A stretch of 64,000 nucleotides of DNA from Balanoglossus misakiensis. Its lineage: Eukaryota; Animalia; Hemichordata. Both the position numbers and the translations under genes were made by a program. This document shows positions 26,752 to 37,100 of the stretch, piece by piece. Numbering within the stretch: position 1 is the stretch's first letter; every line of letters begins with the position of its first letter. The notes under the pieces were generated by a model. The model searched no databases. It worked only from the letters and a program-made list of their open reading frames with translations, and was not told where the DNA came from. The stretch spans positions 12,103,398-12,167,397 of the forward strand of contig CM082588.2 in the NCBI GenBank assembly GCA_040954595.2, read 5' to 3'.

Positions 26752-27862
26752 TTAAAGCTGCAAGCAGCATTGTCCGGGCCCAAGCTCTATTATCTGATCT
26801 GATGCTGATATAGTGTTAAGTAGGTCAAAGGTCACCCGAGGTCACCCAACATTTGGGCAAAATATTTTGACCCCATACTGGTCCATGTATAACAAAAACA
26901 AAACCTCTAGGTCTATTGGTTCATCTGTAATTAGCTATGCACATAATTAATGAGGTAAGCAGAGGTCAAAGGGGTCATGAAAAGTAGCAAAAATTTTTGA
27001 TCACATACAAATCCACATACATCAAAAACCAAACGTCTAGCCCTATTGGTTAGCCTGGAATTAGATATGCAGAAAAAAGATGCGTCAAAAGTAGGTCAAA
27101 GGTCATTGCCAAAATTACCAAAATATTTATAGCTTATTCTTGCCATATGATGATTCATATCCATAAAAAGAATTTCTGTGCTATCAATTTTTAGGCTAGA
27201 AAAGGAATTTTTACTTTTAAATCGTTTTTCACAAAATCCAATATGGCCGCCATAATCTTCGACCAATCACATTCCCCTTCGCAAACTTGATAGACATCTG
27301 TTTAATGACCAAACACACCAAATCTTGTGACTCGGTTATCGCCCGTTCTGGAGAAGAAGATTTTTGGAGTTTAACTATTGTTTTTCGAAAATCCAATATG
27401 GCCGCCATAATCTTCGACCAATCACAATGATCTTCGCAAACTTGATAGACATCAGTTAGGTGACCACATACCCCAAACCGCGTGACTTAGTTATCACCGG
27501 TTCTGGAGAAGAAGATTTTTGAAATTTAAGCCAGATTTCAGAAAAAAAATTGTAGCAAAAAAACTGCAACATTTACAGCAAAATATCCAATTACAAAAAT
27601 GATGGGTAGAAGGAAGACTACCTGCACACCAAATTTGAAGTCGATCTGACTTGTAGTTTCTGAGATCTGAGATTTGCATTTTTTCAGAAAATCCAATATG
27701 GCCGCCAGGTCACGTGACTAATTAAAAATTCAAGGGTTCAATGCACAACTACTTATTGACCTTGACCACTGTAGCAAGTTTCAGAAGTGTACCTGCAGCG
27801 GTGTCTGAGATCTAGAGCGACAAAGAATTGACAGAAGAATAAAGAAAGAAAGAAAGAAAGAA
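26752..27862 (-). mobile_element. HINE-like element 4 body (internally shortened); inferred cap 33937-33997
   Basis: Same terminus, deletion near 26800, one subrepeat, ends in (GAAA)n. Confidence 0.8.
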
Positions 27863-29294
27863 TTAAAGCTGCAAGCAGCATTGTCCGGGCCCAAGCTCTA
27901 TTATCTGATCTGATTATTAGTTATGCACATTATGAATGAGTAGAAACATAATGCTGTGTTTTATCCCATGAAATATCAAGGTTATATCTAGGTTTGGTGT
28001 TGACATAGTGTTAAGTAGGTCAAAGGTCACCCAGAGGTCACCCAAAATTTGGGCAGAATATTTTGACCCATAGTGGTCTATGTCCAACAAAAACCAGATC
28101 TCTAGCCCTTTTGGTTAGCCCGGAATTAGGTATGCACATAAATAATGAGTTAAGCAGGTGTCACAGGTGACCCAAAACTTTGGCTTTTCATTATGGCCCT
28201 ATACCTCCAAACGCCAAGGCTGTATCTGCTGTGGATGTCAAGATATGCCAAAGTAGGTCAAAGGTCATCCGAGGTCACCCAACATTTGGGCAAAATATTT
28301 TGACCCCATACTGGTCCATGTATAACCAAAACAAAATCTCTAGGTCTATTGGTTCATCTGTAATTAGGTATGTGCATATTTAATGAGGTCAGCAGAGGTC
28401 AAAGGGGTCATGAAAAGTAGCAACATTTTTTGATTACATACAAATCCACATACATCAAAAACCAAACTTATAGCCCTATTGATTAGCCTGGAATTAGATA
28501 TGCAGAAAATTGATGCGTCAAAAATAGGTCAAAGGTCAATGCCAAAATTACCAAAATATTTATAGCTTATTCTTGTTATATGATGATTCATATCCATAAA
28601 AAGAATTTCTGCGCTATCAATTTTTAGGCTAGAAAGGGAATTTTTACTTTTTAATCGTTTTTCACAAAATCCAATATGGCCGCCATAATCTTCGACCAAT
28701 CACATTCCTCTTCGCAAACTTGATAGACATCTGTTGAATGACCACACACACCAAATCTTGTGACTCGGTTATCGCCGGTTCTCGAGAAGAAGATTTTTGA
28801 AATTTTACTAGGGTTTTTCGAAAATCCAATATGGCCGCCATAATCTTCGACCAGTCACAGTGATCTTCGCAAACTTGATAGACATCAGTTAGGTGACCAC
28901 ATACCCCAAACCCCGTGTCTCGGTTATCACCGGTTCTGGAGAAGAAGATTTTTGAAATTTAAGCCAGATTTCAGAAAAAAAATTGTAGCAAAAAAACTGC
29001 AACATTGACAGCATAATTTCCAATTACAAAAATGTTTGACAGAAGGTAGTCTACCTGCACGCCAAATTTAAAGTTGATCTGACTTGTAGTTTCTGAGATC
29101 TGAGATTTGCATTTTTTCAGAAAATCCAAGATGGCCGCCAGGTCATGTGACTAATTAAAAATTCATGGGTTCAATGCACGACTACTCATTGACCTTGACC
29201 ACTGTAGCAAGTTTGAGAACTGTACCTGCAGTGGTGTCTGAGATCTAGAGCGACAAAGAAATGACAGAAGAATAAAGAAAGAAGAAAGAAAGAA
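27863..29294 (-). mobile_element. HINE-like element 5 body; inferred cap 33876-33936
   Basis: Same terminus, two subrepeats, distal part nearly identical to element 2. Confidence 0.8.
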
Positions 29295-30715
29295 TTAAAG
29301 CTGCGAGCAGCATTGTCGGGCCCAAGCGCTGATCTTGAATTATATATGCACAGTATGAATGAGAAGAAACAGAATTTTCTATCGGATGTATTATCTCATG
29401 ACATATCAAGGACGTGTGTATTTTTGCTGCTTAAATAGGGTGAAGTAGGTCAAAGGTCACCTGAGGTCACCCAACATTTGGGCAATTTTTTTTGACCCAT
29501 ACTGGTCCATGTCCAACAAAAACCAAAACTCTAGCTCTATTGGTTCGCCTGTAATTAGGTATGTGCATATTTAATGAGGTCAGCAGGTGTCACAGGTGAC
29601 CCAAAAATGTGGCTTTACATTTTGGTCCCATCCTACCAAATGCCATGGCTGTATCTGCTCTGGATGCTGAGATATGCGAAAGTAGGTCAAAGGTCACCAG
29701 AGGTCACGCAACATTTGGGCAAAACATTTTGACCCCATACTGGTCTGTGTCCAACAAAAACCAAACCTCTAGCTCTATTGGTTCGCCTGTAATTAGCTAT
29801 GCACATAATTAATGAGGTCAGCAGAGGTCAAAGGGGTCATGAAAAGTAGCAAAATATTTTGATCACACACTAATCCACATTCATCAAAAACCAAACGTCT
29901 AGCCCTATAGGTTAGCCTGGAATTAGATATGCAGAAATAATAACGCGTGATAAGTAGGTCAAAGGTCATGTGAAAAATCGCCAAAAAATTGTAACATATT
30001 TTAGTCACATGACGATTGATATCCATAAAAAGAATTTGTATGCTATCAATTTTTAGACTAGAAAAAGGAATTTCAATTTTTCACTGCTTTTTACAAAATC
30101 CAATATGGCCGCCATAATCTTCAACCAATCACAATGCTCTTTGCAAACTTGATAGACATCAGTGTAGTGACCATACTCCCCGAATCTTGCGACTCAGTCA
30201 TCGCCCGTTCTGGAGAAGAAGATTTTTGGAGTTTAACAATGGTTTTTCTAAAATCCAATATGGCCGCCATAATCTTCGACCAATCACAATGATCTTCGCA
30301 AACTTGATAGACATCAGTTAGGTGACCACATACCCCAAACCCCGTGTCTCGGTTATCACTGGTTCTGGAGAAGAAGATTTTTGAAATTTAAGCCAGATTT
30401 CAGAAAAAAAATTGTAGCAAAAAAACTGCAACATTGACAGCAAAATTTCCAATTACAAAAATGATGGGTAGAAGGTAGTCTACCTGCATGCCAAATTTGA
30501 AGTCGATCTGACTTGTAGTTTCTGAGATCTGAGATTTGAATTTTTTCAGAAAATCCAATATGGCCGCCAGGTCACGTGACTAATTAATTATTCACAAGTC
30601 ACTGCACATCTACTCATTGACCTTGACCACTGTATCAAGTTTGAGAAGTGTACCTGCAGTAGTTTCAGAGATCTCGTTGGCCGAAGAAATTGACACAAGA
30701 AAAAAGAAAGAAAGA
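29295..30715 (-). mobile_element. HINE-like element 6 body (diverged subfamily); inferred cap 33822-33875
   Basis: Starts TTAAAGCTGCGAGCAGCATTGTCGGGCCCAAGCGC with a diverged first 150 bp, ends in (GAAA)n. Confidence 0.8.
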
Positions 30716-32145
30716 TTAAAGCTGCAAGCAGCATTGTCCGGGCCCAAGCTCTATTATCTGATCTGATTATAAGATATGCACATAATTAATGAGTAGAAAC
30801 ATAATGCTGTGTTTTATCCCATGAAATATCAAGGTTATATCTGTTTGGTGCTGATATAGTGTTAAGTAGGTCAAAGGTCACCCAGGGGTCACCCATAATT
30901 TTGGCAGAACATTTTGACCCATAGTGGTCCATGTCCAACAAAAGCCAGACCTCTAGCCCTTTTGGTTAGCCCGGAATTAGGTATGCACATAAATAATGAG
31001 TAAAGCAGGTGTCACAGGTGACCCAAAACTTTGGCTTTTAATTATGGCCCTATGCCTCCAAACGCCAAGGCTGTATCTGCTGTGGATGTCGAGATATGCA
31101 AAAGTAGGTCAAAGGTCACCCGAGGTCACCCAACATTCGGGCAAAATATTTTGACCCCATACTTGTCCATGTCCAACAAAAACCAAACCTCTAGCTCTCT
31201 TGGTTCGCCCGTAATTAGCTATGCACATAATTAATGAGGTCAGCTGAGGTCAAAGGGGTCATGGAAAGTAGCAAAATATTTTGATCACACACTAATCCAC
31301 ATGCATCAAAAACCAAATGTCTAGCCCTTTTGGTTAGCCTGTAATTAGATATGCAGAAAAATGATGCATCAAAAGTAGGTCAAAGGTCATTGCCAAAATT
31401 ACCAAAATATTTATAGCTTATTCTTGTCATATGATGAGTCATATCCATAAAAAGAATTTCTGTGCTATCAATATTTGGGCTAGAAAGGGAATTTTTACTT
31501 TTTAATCGTTTTTCACAAAATCCAATATGGCCGCCATAATCTTCGACCAATCACATTCCTCTTCGCAAACTTGATAGACATCTGTTTAATGACCACACAC
31601 ACCAAATCTTGTGACTCAGTTATCGCCGGTTCTTGAGAAGAAGATTTTTGAAATTTTACTAGGGTTTTTCGAAAATCCAATATGGCCGCCTTAATCTTCG
31701 ACCAATCACAATGATCTTCGCAAACTTGATAGACCTCAGTTTGGTGACCACATACCCCAAACCGCGTGACTCGGTTATCGCCGGTTCTGGAGAAGAAGAT
31801 TTTTGAAATTTTGACCAGATTTCAGAAAAACAACTGTAGCAAAAAATCTGCAACATTGACAGCAAAATATCCAATTACAAAAATGATGGGCAGAAGGTAC
31901 ACTACCAGCACACCAAATCTGAAGTAAATCTGACTTGTAGTTTCTGAGATCTGAGATTTGCATTTTTTCAGAAAATCCAATATGGCCGCCATGTCACGTG
32001 ACTAATTAAAAATTCAAGAGTTCAATGCACGACTACCCATTGACCTTGACCACTGTAGCAAGTTTGAGAAGTGTACCTGCAGCGGTGTCTGAGATCTAGA
32101 GCGACAAAGAATTGACACAAGAATAAAGAAAGAAGAAAGAAAGAA
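30716..32145 (-). mobile_element. HINE-like element 7 body; inferred cap 33769-33821
   Basis: Same terminus as elements 2-5, two subrepeats, ends in (GAAA)n. Confidence 0.8.
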
Positions 32146-33768
32146 ATATAGCTGCAAGCAGCGATGACGGGCCCAAGCTTAAGCCGAAGGTCAAAGGTCA
32201 TAAGAGGTCACCCGAAATTTTGGCAAGAAATTTTGACCCCCATACTGGTCCGTGTCCCACAAGAACAAAATCTCTAGCCCTATTGGTTCGCCTACAATTA
32301 GGTATGCGCATAATTAATGAGATAAAGTGTAAGGCTCCATCAGGAGTTCCATCCCTCCAAATGCCAAGGCTGTATCTGCTGTGGATGCCGAGATATGGTA
32401 AAGTAGGTCAAAGGTCACCTGAGGTCACCCAAAATTTGGGCAAAAAATTTTGACCCCATACTGGTCCATGGTCAGCATAAATCAAACCTCTAGCCCTATT
32501 GCTTAGCCTGGAATTAGGTATGCACATAATTAATGAGATAAGCAGGTGTCACAGGTGACCCCAATTTTGGCTTTTCAATTTTAGTCCCAACCCTCCAAAC
32601 GCCAAGTCTGTACCTGCTCTGGATGCGGAGATATAGGAAAGTAGGTCAAAGGTCACCTGAGGTCACCCAAAATTTGGGCAAGAAATTTTGACCCTATACT
32701 GGTCCATGTCCCACAAGAACGAAACCTCTAGCCCTCTTAGTTAACCCAGAATTAGGTATGCACATAATTAATGAGTTAAGCAGGTGTCACAGGTGACCCC
32801 CAGTGTTGCCTTTTCAATTTTAGTCCCAACCCTCCAAACGCCAAGTCTGTACCTGCTCTGGATGCCAAGATATAGGAAAGTAGGTCAAAGGTCACCTGAG
32901 GTCACCCAAAATTTGGGCAAGAAATTTTGACCCTATACTGGTCCATGTCCCACAAGAACGAAACCTCTAGCCCTCTTATTTAGCCCAGAATTAGGTATGC
33001 ACATAATTAATGAGTTAAGCAGGTGTTACAGGTGAGCCTAAAATTGTGCCTTTTATTTTGGTGCCATTGTGCTCACCGACCAATAGACAGTCACTGTACA
33101 GGACTATTGCACAGACCAGAATTCCACAATAAGACATGGACATAGCTTATCCATAGAGGTATAAGTAAAGGTATTATTTAATAAAAAAATTAATATAAAA
33201 AAATCGGTCGATTTTTCATACTATTTTTTTTCGCTTAAAATTATTGACAAATGCTAGGCTAGCTGCATACCAAAGTTGAAGAAGATTGGCCTGACAGATT
33301 TTGAGATATGTATGCATATTTATCCAAAATAATATGTGGTCATGGCTTTACTATGGAAAGTATAGGCCCATGGCTTGGTAAAAAATATGAAAAATAATAC
33401 TTAAAAATCTTCTTCTCAAAATTGGAATGGCCAATGGCCTTGACATTTGGCATGTAGTACACTGACCACATGGTCCGCAAAAGTTGCTAAAAGAATTTTG
33501 ATATCTCCATTCATATGCAAATAAGGCCGATTTCAAAATTTTGCCCATATATGGTCATCAGGTCACATGACTAATTAAACATTCACAAGGGTACTGCACT
33601 AGCTCTCATTGGCCTGCACCATTGTGCCAAGTTTGAAATTGGTAGGTTTAGCAGTTTTCCAGATCTACCTCGCCAAAGAAAACGACAGAAGAAGAAAAAG
33701 AAGAAGAAGTAGAAGAAAAACCAGGATAATACCAATAGGGCCCAAGCGCTGCATGCGCTTGGGCCCTA
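32146..33768 (-). mobile_element. HINE-like element 8 (innermost, uninterrupted, distinct subfamily)
   Basis: Starts ATATAGCTGCAAGCAGCGATGACGGGCCCAAGC. About four ~238-bp subrepeats, a unique 33060-33540 segment, an intact (GAA)n tract ~33686-33720, and its own hairpin 33736-33768 directly attached. Confidence 0.85.
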
Positions 33769-34160
33769 AAAACCCCAACGAAACCAATAGGGCCCAAGCG
33801 CTGGCTTGCGCTTGGGCCCTAAAAAACCCCAACGAAACCAATAGGGCCCAAGCGCTTGCGTGCGCTTGGGCCCTAAAGACAGAAAAACCCCAACGAAACC
33901 AATAGGGCCCAAGCGCTGGTATGCGCTTGGGCCCTAAAGACAGAAAAACCCCAACGAAACCAATAGGGCCCAAGCGCTGGTATGCGCTTGGGCCCTAAAA
34001 ATTCCAACGAAACCAATACGGGCCCAAGCCTGGCTTGGCTTGGGCCCGTAAAAAACCCCAACGAAACCAATAGGGCCCAAGCGCTGGTATGCGCTTGGGC
34101 CCTAAATATTCCAACAATAACAATGGGGGCACAAGCCGCCTGAGGGCGCTTGTGCCCCCA
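33736..34160. repeat. Stack of eight terminal hairpin caps (52-61 bp period)
   Basis: Hairpins at 33736-33768, 33788-33821, 33842-33875, 33903-33936, 33964-33997, 34017-34050, 34071-34104 and 34124-34160. Consensus TAGGGCCCAAGCGC-loop-GCGCTTGGGCCCTA with AAAACCCCAACGAAACCAA linkers. Confidence 0.95.
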
Positions 34161-37100
34161 ACAAATATGGAAAGAGTTATGCTGGAATGTTGTAAGGGAT
34201 AGATTAATATTGCAAATAATTTAATTTCTTACATCATAAAATGAATTCAAAGAATGGTCACATAACAGGATATGTTTTACTAAAAAGACTTATGTATAGT
34301 TTCAAGGCTTTGTTTGGAATAACGAATTCTCTCCAAGATTTAAGTTGAACAGTTACAGAATGAAAACAAATATTCAAATAGTTATGCTGGAATGTTGTAA
34401 GGGATAGTTTAATATTGCAAATAATTTAATTTCTTACATCATAAATGAAATTCAAAGAATGGTCAAATAACGGGCCATGTTTTACTAAAAAGACTTAATA
34501 TGTATAGTTGAAGGCTTTGTTTTGGAATAACGAATTCTCTACAAGATTTAAGTGGAACAGTCACAGAATGAAAACAAATATGGAAAGAGTTATGTCGGAA
34601 TGTTGTAAGGGATAGATTAATATTGCAAATAATTTAATTTCTTACAGCATAAATGGAATTCAAAGAATGGTCACATAACGGGCCATGTTTTACTAAAAAG
34701 ACTTATGTATAGTTTCAAGGCTTTGTTTTGGAATAACGAATTCTCTCCAAGATTTAAGTTGAACAGTTACAGAATGAAAACAAATATGGAAAGAGTTATG
34801 CTGGAATGTTGTAAGGGATAGATTAATATTGCAAATAATTTAATTTCTTACATCATAAATGGAATTCAAAGAATGGTCACATAACGGGCCATGTTTTACT
34901 AAAAAGACTTATGTATAGTTTCAAGGCTTTGTTTTGGAATAACGAATTCTCTCCAAGATTTAAGTTGAACAGTTACAGAATGAAAACAAATATTCAAATA
35001 GTTATGCTGGAATGTTGTAAGGGATAGTTTAATATTGCAAATAATTTAATTTCTTACATCATAAATGAAATTCAAAGAATGGTCAAATAACGGGCCATGT
35101 TTTACTAAAAAGACTTAATATGTATAGTTTGAAGGCTTTGTTTTGGAATAACGAATTCTCTACAAGATTTAAGTGGAACAGTCACAGAATGAAAACAAAT
35201 ATGGAAAGAGTTATGCCGGAATGTTGTAAGGAATAGATTAAAATTGCAAATAATTTAATTTCTTACATCATAAATGGAATTCAAAGAAACGTCACGTAAC
35301 AGGATATGTATAGGTTCAAGAATTTGTGTTGAAATACCAAATTCTCTACAAGATTTAAGTGGAACAGTTACAGAATGAAAACAAATATTCAAATAGTTAT
35401 GCTGGAATGTTGTAAGGGATAGTTTAATATTGCAAATAATTTAATTTCTTACATCATAAATGAAATTCAAAGAATGGTCAAATAACGGGCCATGTTTTAC
35501 TAAAAAGACTTAATATGTATAGTTGAAGGCTTTGTTTTGGAATAACGAATTCTCTACAAGATTTAAGTGGAACAGTCACAGAATGAAAACAAATATGGAA
35601 AGCGTTATGCCGGAATGTTGTAAGGGATAGATAATTATTGCAAATAATTTAATTTCTTACATCATAAATGGAATTCAAAGAATGGTCACATAACGGGCCA
35701 TGTTTTACAAAAAGACTTATGTATAGTTTCAAGGCTTTGTTTTGGAATAACGAATTCTCTACAAGATTTAAGTGGAACAGTCACAGAATGAAAACAAATA
35801 TGGAAAGAGTTATGCCGGAATGTTGTAAGGAATAGATTAAAATTGCAAATAATTTAATTTCTTACATCATAAATGGAATTCAAAGAATGGTCACATAACG
35901 GGCCATGTTTTACAAAAAGACTTATGTATAGTTTCAAGGCTTTGTTTTGGAATAACGAATTCTCTACAAGATTTAAGTGGAACAGTCACAGAATGAAAAC
36001 AAATATGGAAAGAGTTATGCTGAAATGTTGTAAGGGATAGATTAATATTGCAAATAATTTAATTTCTTACATCATAAATGGAATTCAAAGAATGGTCACA
36101 TAACGGGCCATGTTTTACTAAAAAGACTTATGTATAGTTTCAAGGCTTTGTTTGGAATAACGAATTCTCTCCAAGATTTAAGTTGAACAGTTACAGAATG
36201 AAAACAAATATTCAAATAGTTATGCTGGAATGTTGTAAGGGATAGATTAATATTGCAAATAATTTAATTTCTTACATCATAAATGGAATTCAAAGAAACG
36301 TCACGTAACAGGATATGTATAGTTTCAAGGCTTTATTTTGGAATAACGAATTCTCTACAAGATTTAAGTGGAACAGTCACAAAATGAAAACAAATATTCA
36401 AATAGTTATGCTGGAATGTTGTAAATGATAGTTTAATATTGCAAATAATTTAATTTCTTACATCATAAATGAAATTCAAAGAATGGTCACATAACGGGCC
36501 ATGTTTTACCAAAAAGACTTATGTATAGTTTCAAGGTTTTGTTTTGGAATAACGAATTCTCTACAAGATTTAAGTGGAATAGTCACAGAATGAAAACAAA
36601 TATGGAAAGAGTTATGCTGGAATGTTGTAAGGGATAGATTAATATTGCAAATAATTTAATTTCTTACATTATAAAATGAATTCAAAGAATGGTCACATAA
36701 CAGGATATATTTTACTAAAAAGACTTATGTTATAGTTTCAAGGCTTTGTTTTGGAATAACGAATTCTCTACAAGATTTAAGTGGAACAGTCACAGAATGA
36801 AAACAAATATGGAAAGAGTTATGCCGGAATGTTGTAAGGAATAGATTAATATTGCAAATAATTTAACTTCTTACATCATAAATGGAATTCAAAGAAAGGT
36901 CACGTAACAGGATATGTATAGTTTCAAGCCTTTGTTTTGGAGTAACGAATTCTCTACAAGATTTAAGTGGAACAGTCACAGAATGAAAACAAATATGGAA
37001 AGAGTTATGCTGAAATGTTGTAAGGGATAGATTAATATTGCATAAAATTTTTATTTCTTACATCATAAATGGAATTCAAAGAATGGTCACATAACTGGAT

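Larger units (their letters stand above)
22432..34160 (-). mobile_element. 11.7-kb composite of eight nested non-autonomous Helentron/DINE-1-like (HINE) elements
   Basis: The satellite breaks at CAGAATGAAAA| and resumes in register at |ACAAATATGG. Eight starts (TTAAAGCTGCAAGCAGC-like) at 22432, 23645, 25321, 26752, 27863, 29295, 30716 and ~32146, and eight GC-rich hairpins at 33736-34160. On the minus strand each element reads 5' hairpin containing a subTIR, (CTTT/CTT)n microsatellite, tandem-repeat core, 3' subTIR, short stem-loop GCTGC-TT-GCAGC. This is the DINE-1/HINE layout, inserted at TT. Confidence 0.85.

Noticed and set aside
22432-32145. Simple ~1.4-kb tandem macrosatellite or rolling-circle concatemer
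   Set aside because: Units lack their hairpin caps, belong to different subfamilies and have different junction points, and the cap count and order fit nesting.
22344-33548. Short ORFs within the nested elements (e.g. MAFNYGP...)
   Set aside because: 60-110 aa, mostly non-ATG starts, not conserved as open frames among copies, and no HUH Rep or helicase motifs.
33609-34070. Overlapping ORFs with RAQALACAWAL-type repeats and an Arg/Lys run
   Set aside because: Products of the GAA microsatellite and the hairpin stack.
33736-34160. CRISPR-like appearance (palindromic repeats with short spacers)
   Set aside because: Spacers are near-identical rather than unique, there are no cas genes, the context is eukaryotic, and the repeats are explained as stacked element termini.
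5861-34160. Origin of the satellite from the HINE internal repeats
   Set aside because: Only short shared words (GGTCACGT/GGTCACAT); no extended alignment visible.
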